From positions 1 through 37,564 of the forward strand of contig JAFZMY010000106.1 of NCBI GenBank assembly GCA_017553165.1: a stretch of DNA of 37,564 bases, in the 5' to 3' direction. The stretch's first letter is position 1. Each line of letters begins with the position of its first letter. Source of the stretch: Neisseriaceae bacterium (GTDB lineage: Bacteria > Pseudomonadota > Gammaproteobacteria > Burkholderiales > Neisseriaceae). A model generated the notes under the pieces. That model was not told the origin of the DNA. It saw only the letters and a list, made by a program, of their open reading frames with translations, and ran no database searches. Position numbers and translations under genes: made by a program. Below, one piece after another: positions 12,784 to 24,300 of the stretch.

Positions 12784-14178
12784 TCAAAGTTGCGATGATA
12801 CACGATTTTGAGATTGATTGTATTCTTTAACTAATGAACGTACTAAATTATCCATATCAGATAAATAGGCAACCGATTGTGGACTATTAATAATTATTGC
12901 AATTGCCAATGGGTGTTCGTCTTCATTATCTGGTAATTTATAGCCTGCCAATGCTCTTACGTTTTTTAGTGTTCCAGTTTTCATGGTGAGATTTGGGACA
13001 TCTTTTAGTCTACGTCTTAATGTTCCATCTACACCTGCAATTGGAAGACTGTCGATAAATGCTTGTCCAAACTGCGGTTCATAATAGGCACGATATAGCA
13101 TAGTGCCTAATGTGCGAGTGCTAACTCTTTCTATGCGTGATAATCCAGAGCCGTTTTCTAATATTAAGCTATCAGTTGGCACGCCGGTGCGTTTGAAACT
13201 TTCAAATACGGTATTGCGTGCGTTTTGAATAGTGTCTCCTTCTTTGTTCGCTCCTAATGTCAAAAATAAGGTGCGAGCAATTAGATTATCTGAAACTTTA
13301 TTCATATCGCGGATAACTTCTGATAATGGCGGAGATAGGTGTTCTGCCAATGTTTGAGAGTTTTCCGGCAGACTTCCTTCTCTAATTTGAATATTTCCTT
13401 TGCCACCGGCAAATTTCCATTGTCCGATAAAGCTTTCTGCGGCAAATTGTTGAGAAGTTAGTACGTTCACGTAAGTTCTTTGTCCGCTACATGTAGCAGG
13501 TATTTTACCGTTGATATGTAATGCTTCGCCGTCCCAATATACTTTTATCATGCGGTTGAAGCGATTGCATTTGCCACCTATGGTTTGAATGTTCTTTTTG
13601 ACATCGATATTAGCAAATGGTGGATTGGTGCTTACGTCCATTTTGCCACTACTGTTTTTAAAAGCTTCAATCCAGATTACTTTGTAAGATAACATGTGTT
13701 GATCTGGTGGAATGGTAAAGCTTTTGCCTTCGTCAGATTCGAATTGTTCAGCCGAGCCGTTTGATGACCATGCACTACGGTCTAATACTAAATATCCGTT
13801 GATAGTGTGAATGCCTTTTTGGCGTAATTGTTCTTGCATATTGATGATGTCTTTTTGTTCCATCATGGGATCGCCAGTGCCTTGCCAAAATATGTTTCCG
13901 TCCAATATTCCTTGATTAATTGGGGCACGTGCACTCCATTTGGTATGCCAGCGGAAATCTTTACCCAAAGTTTCTAATGCAGCGTAGCTTGTAACTAATT
14001 TCATTACAGAAGCCGGATTCATTGGAATATCAGCACGATGTTCAGCAATAACCTCTCCGGTGAGAATATCTTGAACAAAATAGGAAAGTTCCAAAGGCGG
14101 AATCCTGCCAGAATCAGGAGTGGCAAGTACTGTTATAGGAAAACACAAAAAAATAGACAGTAATATACGCAATAACAT
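12784..14178 (-). CDS. dacB: D-alanyl-D-alanine carboxypeptidase/endopeptidase (PBP4 family, S13)
   Basis: It has a signal peptide plus the SVMK (SxxK), SDN and KTGT motifs in the order and spacing typical of PBP4. Confidence 0.85.
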   Translation of the reverse strand: MLLRILLSIFLCFPITVLATPDSGRIPPLELSYFVQDILTGEVIAEHRADIPMNPASVMKLVTSYAALETLGKDFRWHTKWSARAPINQGILDGNIFWQGTGDPMMEQKDIINMQEQLRQKGIHTINGYLVLDRSAWSSNGSAEQFESDEGKSFTIPPDQHMLSYKVIWIEAFKNSSGKMDVSTNPPFANIDVKKNIQTIGGKCNRFNRMIKVYWDGEALHINGKIPATCSGQRTYVNVLTSQQFAAESFIGQWKFAGGKGNIQIREGSLPENSQTLAEHLSPPLSEVIRDMNKVSDNLIARTLFLTLGANKEGDTIQNARNTVFESFKRTGVPTDSLILENGSGLSRIERVSTRTLGTMLYRAYYEPQFGQAFIDSLPIAGVDGTLRRRLKDVPNLTMKTGTLKNVRALAGYKLPDNEDEHPLAIAIIINSPQSVAYLSDMDNLVRSLVKEYNQSQNRVSSQL

Positions 14179-14256
14179 TTATCTTTAATAAGATTAATCA
14201 ATTTTTTTATACAGGCAATCGTAGACACAAACTTTTTTGATTAAGTTCCATAAAGT

Positions 14257-15339
14257 TTAAAAAGGTGCTTGTAAATTGGATTCTTGGCATTGTGCACGGT
14301 TACGCAAAGCATGATCCATTAAAACCAAAGCCATCATTGCTTCTGCAATCGGCACGGCACGTAATCCCACACAAGGGTCGTGGCGACCGTGTGTGGATAG
14401 CATTTTTTCTTGTCCGACTTCGTCTATGGTTTTTCTATCTTGGGCAATGCTTGGGGTGGGCTTAATTGCTAATGAAACGCGAATATCTTGTCCATTGGAA
14501 ATTCCACCTAAAATACCACCGGCATGATTGGAGAGAAAACCATTGGCATCAATTTCATCATTGTGTTCGCTTCCCTTTTGGCTAACTACATCAAAACCAT
14601 CGCCAATTTCTACACCTTTAACCGCATTAATTCCCATCATGGCGTAAGCAATTTCTGCATCTAATTTATCAAAAACAGGTTCTCCTAAACCAATTGGTAC
14701 ATTGCGTGCGGTTATAGTTATACGAGCACCGATGCTGTCTTTTTGTTTACGGATTTCGTTTAAGTATTCTTCTAATTCGGATACTTGTGAATAATTGGCA
14801 ACAAAAAATGGATTTTCATTAATATGTGATTCGTTTTCGAAGACGATTTTTTTATTACCAATTTGGGTTACGTGGGCAATAATTTGAGTGTCAAATTTTT
14901 CTGCCAACCATTTTTTAGCAATTGCACCGGCTGCTACTCTGGCAGCTGTTTCACGTGCAGAGCTTCTGCCACCACCACGATAATCACGAATGCCGTATTT
15001 ATGCCAATAGGTAAAATCAGCATGACCAGGACGAAAAGCGTTGGCAATTTCACTGTAATCTTTGCTACGTGCATCGGTATTGCGAATTAAGAGTGCAATC
15101 GGTGTTCCGGTAGTCTTTCCATCAAAGATTCCAGATAGGATTTCTACTATGTCATCTTCACGTCTTTGGGTTACAAATTTCGAAGTACCAGGACGGCGAC
15201 GGTCTAAATCAGGTTGTATGTCTAATACGCTTAAAGGTAGGTTAGGGGGACAGCCGTCAACTATACAGCCAATTGCATTTCCATGACTTTCACCAAATGT
15301 GGTAATGCTGAAAATTTTACCGAATGTGTTGCCTGACAT
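14257..15339 (-). CDS. aroC: chorismate synthase
   Basis: 360 aa with the [17 protein letters not shown] start and conserved [15 protein letters not shown] and RHDPCV blocks. Confidence 0.95.
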   Translation of the reverse strand: MSGNTFGKIFSITTFGESHGNAIGCIVDGCPPNLPLSVLDIQPDLDRRRPGTSKFVTQRREDDIVEILSGIFDGKTTGTPIALLIRNTDARSKDYSEIANAFRPGHADFTYWHKYGIRDYRGGGRSSARETAARVAAGAIAKKWLAEKFDTQIIAHVTQIGNKKIVFENESHINENPFFVANYSQVSELEEYLNEIRKQKDSIGARITITARNVPIGLGEPVFDKLDAEIAYAMMGINAVKGVEIGDGFDVVSQKGSEHNDEIDANGFLSNHAGGILGGISNGQDIRVSLAIKPTPSIAQDRKTIDEVGQEKMLSTHGRHDPCVGLRAVPIAEAMMALVLMDHALRNRAQCQESNLQAPF

Positions 15340-15386
15340 GAGTTGTCCTCCTTGAATTTGTTAATATGAGTAATTTTGTAATTGAT

Positions 15387-15415
15387 AGTCTGCCGGAAAG
15401 GTTTTCCGGCAGACT
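15387..15415 (-). terminator. terminator after serC built from an inverted pair of the 13-mer
   Basis: AGTCTGCCGGAAA (15387-15399), GGT, then TTTCCGGCAGACT (15403-15415), giving a 13-bp stem. It lies 54 nt downstream of the serC stop and upstream of aroC. Confidence 0.75.
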
Positions 15416-15468
15416 TAACTTATATATTTATCATTAACTTATCATTATGATGATGATATTTGTGTTAA

Positions 15469-16578
15469 TTAACCATAGCGTTTTTGAAATTCGCTCATAA
15501 AGTCGATTAAGGCTTCTACGCCTTGTAGGGGCATGGCATTGTAAATGCTGGCACGCATGCCACCCATGCTTTGATAGCCTTTTAATAGACGCAAACCACG
15601 TGTGGTGGATTCTTGGGCAAATAGTAAATCCAATTCTTTGCTTGGCGTGTGGAAAATCACATTCATGTGCGAACGAGCTTTTGGTGCGATTTTGTTAGTG
15701 TAAAAACCGCCGCTGTTGTCGATTGCTTCGTACAAGACTTTTGCTTTGAGTGCATTGATAGTTTGCATGGCTTCAACGCCACCTTGTGATTGCAACCAAC
15801 GGAATACCAAACCTGAAATATAAATCGGATAAGTAGCGGGAGTGTTGTACATACCTTGACGATTAACATGAGATTTGTAATTCCATACATCAGGAATGCG
15901 GTCGGAACAGCGATCAAGCAAGTCTTCGCGAATGATTACAATCGTAGCACCAGCAGGACCGATATTTTTTTGTGCCCCTGCGTAAATCAAACCAAAATCA
16001 GATACATTCACAGGACGCGATAAAATTTCACTCGACATATCGCATACCATAGGTGGCATAGAGGAATTGGGTTTAGGAATTTCGCGATATTGCACGCCAT
16101 GTACGGTTTCGTTGATTACAAAGTGTACAAAGGCAGAATCAGGATTGGTATCCCAATCTTCTGGTGCTGGTAAATCTGTGTAATCGTATAATTCACCGCC
16201 GTGTGCTGCCAAGTGAATCTCGGTATTGGGCGATAATTTGCCCATTTGGCTGTATGCAATACGACTCCAATTGCCGGTAACCACAGAATCTACGCGGTCG
16301 AAGCCGTTGGCAAGGTTCATCACCGTCATATTAAATTGGGCAGATGCACCGCCTTGCAAAAATAAAACACGATAGTTAGATGGAATATTCAGTAATTGAC
16401 GCAAATCTTGTTCAGCATGATACAAAATACTCATAAAAGCATCAGAACGATGACTCATAGTCATCACTGAAAAACCAGTTCCATTGTAGTCAAACATTTC
16501 TGATTGTGCTTGACGCAATACAGATTCCGGCAAAACAGCAGGACCTGCGGAGAAGTTATAAATTGTTGGCATAGTCAT
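15469..16578 (-). CDS. serC: phosphoserine aminotransferase
   Basis: It has the YNFSAGPAVLPE start block and GAQKNIGPAG (PLP-lysine region), and is ~369 aa. Confidence 0.95.
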   Translation of the reverse strand: MTMPTIYNFSAGPAVLPESVLRQAQSEMFDYNGTGFSVMTMSHRSDAFMSILYHAEQDLRQLLNIPSNYRVLFLQGGASAQFNMTVMNLANGFDRVDSVVTGNWSRIAYSQMGKLSPNTEIHLAAHGGELYDYTDLPAPEDWDTNPDSAFVHFVINETVHGVQYREIPKPNSSMPPMVCDMSSEILSRPVNVSDFGLIYAGAQKNIGPAGATIVIIREDLLDRCSDRIPDVWNYKSHVNRQGMYNTPATYPIYISGLVFRWLQSQGGVEAMQTINALKAKVLYEAIDNSGGFYTNKIAPKARSHMNVIFHTPSKELDLLFAQESTTRGLRLLKGYQSMGGMRASIYNAMPLQGVEALIDFMSEFQKRYG

Positions 16579-16668
16579 AGTTTGGACGACCTATTAATTC
16601 AAATTATTAAGGTGGGAATTGTAAATTCTCATGATGATTGATTCAATATGATTTTTTGTTTTTTAAAT

Positions 16669-16710
16669 AGTCTGCCGGAAAAGTTTTATACATAACCTTT
16701 CCGGCAGACT
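16669..16710. repeat. inverted pair of the 13-mer in the divergent serC/cysE intergenic region
   Basis: AGTCTGCCGGAAAAG (16669-16683) and TTTCCGGCAGACT (16698-16710) are separated by ~14 nt. The pair lies between two divergent start codons, so it is not positioned to terminate either gene. Confidence 0.6.
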
Positions 16711-16769
16711 ATTTACCTTATAATAGTGTTAAAATCGAACGTCTGATTAATCATGTGTAAAGAATTAAA

Positions 16770-17567
16770 ATGAATACATTGGTGAAAAAGAAAAGCTTAT
16801 ATGGCGAAGATTTGTGGCAAGAAATTCGCAAAGAAGCAGAAGAATCAGCAAGGGCAGAACCAATATTAGCCAGTTTTCTGCACATGACCGTGTTGCGTCA
16901 TCAAACTTTAAATCAAGTATTAGCGTTTCATTTATCGAGTAAATTATCCAGTCCAGTGATGGACGCACGTGCTTTGTATGAGATTTTTCTGCACAGTTTG
17001 CAAGAGTCCCCACAATTGGGCGAAGCCATCGAAGCAGATATTCTTGCTCATTATGAACGTGATCCTGCATGTTCTATGTTTTCCACCCCATTGCTTTATT
17101 TTAAGGGATTTCATGCGATTGAAACTCATAGGATTAATCATTGGTTGTGGCATCACTCTCGCCGCCCATTGTCATACTGCATACAAAATCGAGCATCAGA
17201 AGTATTTGGCGTAGATATTCACCCTGCCGCTCGTTTCGGTTCTGGAATTATGGTGGATCATGGTACAGGATTGGTAGTAGGTGAAACCGCAGTTTTGGGT
17301 AATAATATTTCTATTCTGCACGGTGTTACACTTGGTGGTTCTGGTAAGGAAACCGGAGATCGCCACCCTAAAGTCGGAAATGGGGTGATGATTGGTGCTA
17401 ATGCTTCGGTATTGGGTAATATCAATATTGGTGAATGTGCACGTATCGGAGCAGGTAGCGTTGTGGTGTATGATGTGCCTCCGCATAGTACTGTGGTTGG
17501 TGTTCCTGCTCATGTGGTTGGTAGTAGTGAACAAATTCCTGCCACAGAAATGAATCAACGTTTATAA
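16770..17567 (+). CDS. cysE: serine O-acetyltransferase
   Basis: It has the N-terminal SATase helical domain plus left-handed beta-helix hexapeptide repeats (GTGLVVGETAVLGNNISILHGVTLGG...). Confidence 0.9.
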   Translation: MNTLVKKKSLYGEDLWQEIRKEAEESARAEPILASFLHMTVLRHQTLNQVLAFHLSSKLSSPVMDARALYEIFLHSLQESPQLGEAIEADILAHYERDPACSMFSTPLLYFKGFHAIETHRINHWLWHHSRRPLSYCIQNRASEVFGVDIHPAARFGSGIMVDHGTGLVVGETAVLGNNISILHGVTLGGSGKETGDRHPKVGNGVMIGANASVLGNINIGECARIGAGSVVVYDVPPHSTVVGVPAHVVGSSEQIPATEMNQRL

Positions 17568-17595
17568 TAATTTGATATTAAAAAGGATTATACTC

Positions 17596-17835
17596 ATGCT
17601 TGCTAAACAACTTTTCGAAGAAGTTACCAATAAAATCGGTGAAATTATTCAAGATAGCCCAATGAAAGATGTTGAAAAAAACGCTAAAACAGCACTTTCT
17701 GCGGCATTTTCTAAAATGGATTTGGTTACTCGTGAAGAATTTGAAGTGCAACAGCAGATGATTGAACATTTGTGTAGCGAAATATCTTCGTTGCACGAAG
17801 AAATCGAGCAGTTAAAACAATCTAAAAACGGATAA
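17596..17835 (+). CDS. ubiK: ubiquinone biosynthesis accessory factor UbiK (YqiC/BMFP family)
   Basis: 79-aa coiled-coil protein. The MDLVTREEFEVQQQM block matches the LDLVSREEFDVQ block of YqiC. An AAGGA RBS precedes the ATG at 17596. The ORF-track start at 17572 is TTG. Confidence 0.65.
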   Translation: MLAKQLFEEVTNKIGEIIQDSPMKDVEKNAKTALSAAFSKMDLVTREEFEVQQQMIEHLCSEISSLHEEIEQLKQSKNG

Positions 17836-17841
17836 CATAAA

Positions 17842-19350
17842 ATGACTTTGGCAGTTGTTTATTCACGTGCTTTAACCGGTATGAATGCACCAGTGGTTGA
17901 GGTTGAAGTGCATTTGAGTCGAGCATCACTGCCTGCGTTTAATATTGTAGGTCTGCCGGATACAGAGGTTAAAGAAAGTCGCGATAGAGTACGTGCGGCG
18001 ATTATTCAGTCTGGTTTTGATTTTCCAGTCTGCAAAATAACAGTAAATTTAGCACCGGCAGAATTGCCAAAAGATTCTGGACGCTTTGATTTACCAATTG
18101 CTTTGGGAATTTTATCTGCGTCCGGTCAAATTAAATGCGAAGATTTATCTAATTATGAATTTGCAGGGGAATTAGCCCTGTCTGGTTTATTGCGTCCGGT
18201 GCGTGGTGCTTTGTGTATGGCACGACAAACTAAACTTTCCGGCAGACATTTTATCTTGCCACAGGAAAGTGCAATCTGGGCTTCTTGGGTTGAAGATTTA
18301 ACCGTATTCGGTGCTTCAACATTAAATTCCGTGGTGGCACATCTTAATGGATTCGAACTTTTACCCAAAGTAAATCCTCCGCAACAAATCGATGTGCCTC
18401 TATCTAATCTGCCAGATTTATGTGATATTAAGGGGCAACACACGGCTCGTTTTACTTTGGAATTAGCAGCAGCTGGCGGACACAGCTTATTGATGATTGG
18501 ACCACCTGGTACTGGTAAATCCATGTTGGCACAAAGATTACCAAGTATTTTGCCTCCATTAACTACCGAAGAAATGTTAGATAACGCTGCGTTGTCATCA
18601 TTAGTTAATACCAATATCACAGACTATGATTTGCGTTTGCGACCATTTAGAAGTCCGCATCACAGTGCCTCTTCGGCTGCATTAGTGGGCGGAGGTTCAG
18701 ATCCTAAACCAGGTGAAATTTCATTAGCTAATAATGGCGTATTGTTTTTAGATGAATTGCCAGAATTTGACCGCAAAGTGTTAGAAGTATTACGAGAACC
18801 ATTAGAAAGTGGTGAAATTCACATTTCACGAGCATCTCGCCAAGCTGTTTTTCCTGCTAAATTTCAATTAGTAGCGGCAATGAATCCATGTCCCTGTGGT
18901 TTTTTGGGGCATGCAACACGCACTTGTCGATGTTCGACTGATAGCGTAATGCGGTATCGACAAAAAATATCAGGACCACTATTAGACCGTATTGACTTAA
19001 TAATTGAAGTACCAAACTTGCCACAGACAGATTTAACTAATATCCAAGCAGGGGAGAAAAGTAGTATAGTGCGAGAAAGAGTGTTATCTGCCAGAGAACG
19101 TCAATATCAACGACAAGGCAAAACTAATGCCTCTCTTACTCCAACAGAATTGGACGATTTCGCACAGATTGAACAAGATGCACGTGAAACTTTGGGTAGA
19201 TTATTAGATAAACTCAATCTGTCGGCACGTAGTTTTCACCGTTTGTTACGAGTGGCACGTACATTAGCGGATTTATCTGGTGATGAAAAAGTGGAAAAAC
19301 AGCATGTTTTACGTGCCATAAGTTTTAGGCGAGTTTTAGATAATGTATAA
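17842..19350 (+). CDS. comM: YifB/ComM family Mg-chelatase-like ATPase (competence-associated helicase)
   Basis: It has an N-terminal Lon-like domain (VEVHLS...LPAFNIVGLPD) and Walker A (GPPGTGKS). The NGVLFLDEL and CPCG zinc-ribbon-like motifs are also present. 502 aa and intact. Confidence 0.9.
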   Translation: MTLAVVYSRALTGMNAPVVEVEVHLSRASLPAFNIVGLPDTEVKESRDRVRAAIIQSGFDFPVCKITVNLAPAELPKDSGRFDLPIALGILSASGQIKCEDLSNYEFAGELALSGLLRPVRGALCMARQTKLSGRHFILPQESAIWASWVEDLTVFGASTLNSVVAHLNGFELLPKVNPPQQIDVPLSNLPDLCDIKGQHTARFTLELAAAGGHSLLMIGPPGTGKSMLAQRLPSILPPLTTEEMLDNAALSSLVNTNITDYDLRLRPFRSPHHSASSAALVGGGSDPKPGEISLANNGVLFLDELPEFDRKVLEVLREPLESGEIHISRASRQAVFPAKFQLVAAMNPCPCGFLGHATRTCRCSTDSVMRYRQKISGPLLDRIDLIIEVPNLPQTDLTNIQAGEKSSIVRERVLSARERQYQRQGKTNASLTPTELDDFAQIEQDARETLGRLLDKLNLSARSFHRLLRVARTLADLSGDEKVEKQHVLRAISFRRVLDNV

Positions 19351-19392
19351 AATAATCATATAATTATTTTTCCGGCAGACTATTTTAATTAT

Positions 19393-21351
19393 ATGATGAT
19401 GAATGAGAATTTTATGAAAGATAATCGTTTTATATTTATATTTCTCTTACTATTATTGAGTAGTCCACTGTTTGCAGATGGCAAGAGTGAATCCAATAAT
19501 GAATCATCAACTATTAGCGATTCTACTTCATCAATTGATAAAGTAGAAAATAGTGATAATAATCGTGATGAAAATTCTGCTGATAAACAAAATAGTAATC
19601 AAACCCAACCTAATCCAAGACAACTTCCACCGCTAAAAGATATGTATCAATTACAACTTAATATCGATTATAGCGGTAAAGATAAAATAGATAACAAAGA
19701 AGAATTAGCATCTTTATTAAAAGAACACCTTTCTTTATATACACGGCAAAAATCACGTTTAGAACCAGATGAAGACCAAATTTCATATTGGGTACAAGAA
19801 ACGCATAAAGAAGTGCATCAAATGCTATCCACCAAAGGATTTTTTAACAGCAAAACCAAAATAGAAAAAGAAAATGATACATATATCATTAATGTAGATA
19901 TTGGCGAACAAACAAAAATTAGCAATGTAGTATTATTATTAAATGGTGTAATAGAGTCTGATGATGATTTACCAAAATTTTATCGAGATGTTTTTCTTGG
20001 ATGGACATTTCGTCCTAATGCACCATTTACTCAAGATAATTGGTCTGCCGGAAAAGCTACCGTATTAACTGTAGTAACATCAAATAAATACCCATTAGCA
20101 AAAATAGAAGAAAGTTTAGCCCAAATAAATCCAGAAACAAATAGTGCTGAATTATTTATTAAAGTTGATAGTAAAGAATTAGTACGTTTTGGTGAAATTA
20201 ATATTACCGGTACAGAGCGTTATCCAGAATCATTGCCACGCAATTTAGCAACATTTAAAAGTGGAGAAGATTATAATCTAAATAAACTATTGGATTATCA
20301 ACAATTATTAGAAAATGACGGACATTACAGTTCTGTATCAGTATATGCAGATTTTGATAATATTTCCGCAGATAATATAGTTCCTGTAAATGTTGTATTA
20401 ACAGAAGTTCCACGTCAAAAATTAGATATTGGTTTGCAATATGACACTGCCGATGGAGTTGGTGTTCGTTTAGGATATGATCATTACAATATGTTTAAAC
20501 GAGGTTATACCGGTTCTGCAGTTGTTAGTGCCAATAGATATGAGCAAATATTTGGTGTTGGTATAAGCCAACCACGTGATGAAAAAGGACATTTCTATAC
20601 ATCTAATATTTCAGTAAAAAATAAAAAATTACAAGGATTAGAATCACAAAATATAGGTTTAGGATTTTGGAAAGCACGCATTAGACATAATATAGACTCA
20701 CGAATTGGCATAGAGCACTATCGAGAGCGAGAAAGAATAGAACTCGCTCCATCATGGAATACCAGCTACGTTACCATGCTGACCGCATCATGGAAAACCA
20801 ATCGCATTGAAACTCGTGAACGTCCGGCTAATGGTTATTATTTTTCAGGAAAAATTGGCACTACTGTTGGTTCAGTTTTATCTTCGGCAAATGTACAACG
20901 AGTAAAAGCTGATGCCGCTTATTATTACACTCCACGCCGCCGCAGTTATGGCACTTGGATTGTACATGGCGGTTTAGGTTATGTGCGTACCAACAATCAA
21001 GAAAAAGTGCCAACAGATTTATTATTTCGTATTGGTGGTATTGATACCGTGCGTGGTTATGAAACAGAAAGCATAGGTATGCCAGGACCAAGTAAGAAAG
21101 TTGTGTTAGGTGGAAAAGTAATGGCAACAGTCGGTTTGGAATATCAATATCCAATTAAAAAAGACTGGTCAGTTGCGGTATTTCATGATGCCGGTGATGT
21201 AAAAAACCGTTTTAAAGATTTGAAATTAAAACACGCTACCGGAGTTGGGGTACGCTGGTATAGTCCTATTGCACCGTTGGCGTTTGATATTGCTTATGCA
21301 CATGATATTAAAGAAATTGGTTGGTATATAACTTTGGGGGCACGTTTCTAA
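19393..21351 (+). CDS. tamA: translocation and assembly module outer-membrane component TamA (Omp85 family)
   Basis: It has a signal peptide, POTRA-like repeats and an Omp85 barrel with the RGY motif (VRGYE) and a terminal ...TLGARF. It lies directly upstream of tamB with a TAATG overlap. It carries an unusual Ser/Asn/Asp-rich stretch after the signal peptide. Confidence 0.8.
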   Translation: MMMNENFMKDNRFIFIFLLLLLSSPLFADGKSESNNESSTISDSTSSIDKVENSDNNRDENSADKQNSNQTQPNPRQLPPLKDMYQLQLNIDYSGKDKIDNKEELASLLKEHLSLYTRQKSRLEPDEDQISYWVQETHKEVHQMLSTKGFFNSKTKIEKENDTYIINVDIGEQTKISNVVLLLNGVIESDDDLPKFYRDVFLGWTFRPNAPFTQDNWSAGKATVLTVVTSNKYPLAKIEESLAQINPETNSAELFIKVDSKELVRFGEINITGTERYPESLPRNLATFKSGEDYNLNKLLDYQQLLENDGHYSSVSVYADFDNISADNIVPVNVVLTEVPRQKLDIGLQYDTADGVGVRLGYDHYNMFKRGYTGSAVVSANRYEQIFGVGISQPRDEKGHFYTSNISVKNKKLQGLESQNIGLGFWKARIRHNIDSRIGIEHYRERERIELAPSWNTSYVTMLTASWKTNRIETRERPANGYYFSGKIGTTVGSVLSSANVQRVKADAAYYYTPRRRSYGTWIVHGGLGYVRTNNQEKVPTDLLFRIGGIDTVRGYETESIGMPGPSKKVVLGGKVMATVGLEYQYPIKKDWSVAVFHDAGDVKNRFKDLKLKHATGVGVRWYSPIAPLAFDIAYAHDIKEIGWYITLGARF

Positions 21352-24300
21352 TGACTGATGAACAAATAACAACAGAAACGCCCAAAACAACAAAATCTTC
21401 TAAAAAGAAAAAGATTTTGGTGCGTTTGTTTTTAGCGTTATTATTATTTTTTGTACTATTAATCTCATCACTATCGTGGTTAGTTGGTACTCATTCTGGA
21501 CTTAAAACATTAGTATTTAGTCTGCCGGAAAAGTTTGGAGTGCATATAGAGGCAAAACAATTACATGGTACATTATGGAAAGGTTTTGGAGCACAAGATA
21601 TTAGTATTAATACTAAAATTGGCGATGAAATTTCACTATCAAATTTAACATTTGATTGGGACTCATCGCAATTATTGAAAAACAGATTATTGCATATTCA
21701 TAAATTAGAATTAGGAAAATTACATATAATTAAAATAGCAAACAGAGAAAGTAAAAAAACAACTTCGAATAAATTGCCAGATGATATTGGTTTGCCATTA
21801 AAAGTTAAGATTGATAATATAATTAGTCGCGGGGTATTATTGGGAAAGGATATTTTGCTAAATGATGCACAATTAACATATTCTTATCTTGATAAAAAAC
21901 ATCAAGCGGACATTGTAAGCATAAATACTATTTGGGGACAAATCAAAGGTCAAGCACAATTAGTAAATCAAACACCATTTCCATTATCTGGTAATATTGA
22001 TTTACATGGAGTGATTAATCAAGAATCTGCTGATGGTATTATTAAACTTTCCGGCAGTCTTAATGATATTGTTTTACAAGGTGAATTAGCAAGTGCTTCT
22101 GCATTGTGGAATAGTGATATTAAATTATCACCATTTGCTGAAAATGCAGTGGAGCGTATTCATCATATTTCAGTTTATGGTGCAAATATAAATCCACGTG
22201 ATTTTCTTAACAGTGCCCCACAAGCAAATTTAGCATTTATCACAGAAATTAAACCAGATGAAACAGCACAACAGTTAAATGGCATCTTATCATTATTTAA
22301 CGAAAATCCACGAGCATATGATTTAGGAGGATTACCTGTATCTAAATTATATGGTGAATTAAATATTAATGATGATAGCATATTATCATTGAATAATATT
22401 GCATTGACTTTAATTAATAATGGAGAAATTAAATTAAATGGTACAGTAGCTGATGAATTAAACTTGCAAGTGGCTCTTAATGACGTAAGTTTATCTGATA
22501 TTATTTCTAAACAATCATCAAGACAGGTTAATGGTAATGTTTCTATTACTGGTAAAATAGATGAACCAATTGCAAAATGGCAATTATCTCAAAAATCATT
22601 ATCTGCTAATGGTACTTTATTGGTACAATCTGCTAATAATGGTAAATCATTAAATATATCGCAAGCTGATTTTTCTGATGGAAATAATGGTATAGCAACT
22701 CTTTCCGGCAGACTTGATTTGTTTGAAAGTATGCCATTAAATATTAAATTGGAAAGCAGAAATTTTAATCCAGAAGTTATTGGAGATATTTATCCAAAAG
22801 GAAAGATAAATGGTAATTTATCTATCAATGGGACATTAAAAGATACTCCTAATTTAGATTCAAAATTATCTATAAAAAATAGTGTATTATCAGGAATGCC
22901 ACTGTTAGTGAATGGTGATTTACACTATCAAAAACAGCATTTGTCTCCATCAAAACTTGATATTTCTCTTGGTGATAATAAAATTTTTGCAGAGGGAACA
23001 TTTGGGCATAAAAATGATCGCCTTAATATTAATGTACATACTCCATCTTTAAATCAGTTTGGTTTAGGATTGCAAGGGGCATTGAATGTGCAAGGTTTTG
23101 TTGCCGGAGATATTGATTCATTAAATATTCAATTAAAAGGAAATGCTAATAAGTTTGCATATAGAGATTATGTTAGTTTGCAGCAACTTAATTTTGATTT
23201 AATTTCGTCTCCTAATTTACATGCACCATTATCAATAAATATTGATGGGCAAAATTTATTAGCAGGTTCTACCGAAATTTCACATATTAATACTAATGCC
23301 AAAGGTACATTGGCAAATCATAATATTAATGCACAAGCATCAATCAACACTGCCGGAAAACCTTATCGTGCTAATATTATTGCTGCTGGTGGATTTAATA
23401 AAGATTATCAATGGAACGGTAATGTATCTCAATTAAATTTAAGCGATAGTTTAGATGTAGTATTGGAAAGTCCAGTTTCATTAACTGCATCTAAAAGTTT
23501 AATTAATTTAGGTGCGGCACGTTGGCGTGTTTTGGGCGGTTTATTAAATTTGCAATCGCTTAATTGGAAAGAAAAACAAGGATTTTTAACCAAAGGAAAT
23601 GCCCAAAATATTCAACTATCACATTTGAAAAATATTGTTGATATTCCAGTCGAACAAAATTTAGTATTATCAGGAGATTGGGATATTCAATATAATGAAA
23701 ATATGCGTGGATATTTGAATGTTAATCATCAATCTGGTGATATTATTATTCCAAATCGCACCAAAGCTATTGGTATCAAACAATTTTCATTAAAGAGTAA
23801 TTTGTCTAATAATAGAATAAATAATACTATTGTTGCGGTAACTGATTTTGGAAATGCTGATGCACAGTTAAGTATTGCACAAAATTTTGGCGATAAATTA
23901 CTTAAATCACCAATTTCCGGCAGTCTAAAACTTAATAATGTTGATTTGAATAAATTAAAATATTTTTTACCACCGGATACAGGTTTGGGCGGACAATTAG
24001 AACTTGATACTCAAATTAAAGGTTCACTGTCAGACCCATTAATTTCCGGCAGTCTTAATGCTCAAAAACTTTATTATCGCGAAAGAGAAATGGGAATATT
24101 TTTTACTCGCGGCACTCTTAAATCTCATTTTGATGGTAATCGATGGTTAATTGATTCCCTGCATTTTGATCACAATTCTAATGGTAGTATTGACGTTTCA
24201 GGGGAAGTATCACGAGCTGGGATTCAGCCCAATGCTGATTTGAATGTATCACTAAAAACTTATCCAGTAGTTCGCCATGCCGATAGACGTGTAGTGATGA

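Noticed and set aside
18349-18358. tRNA T-arm-like string GGATTCGAAC
   Set aside because: It lies inside the comM reading frame (NGFELL). There is no acceptor stem or anticodon arm around it. No tRNA-like structure was found in any intergenic region.
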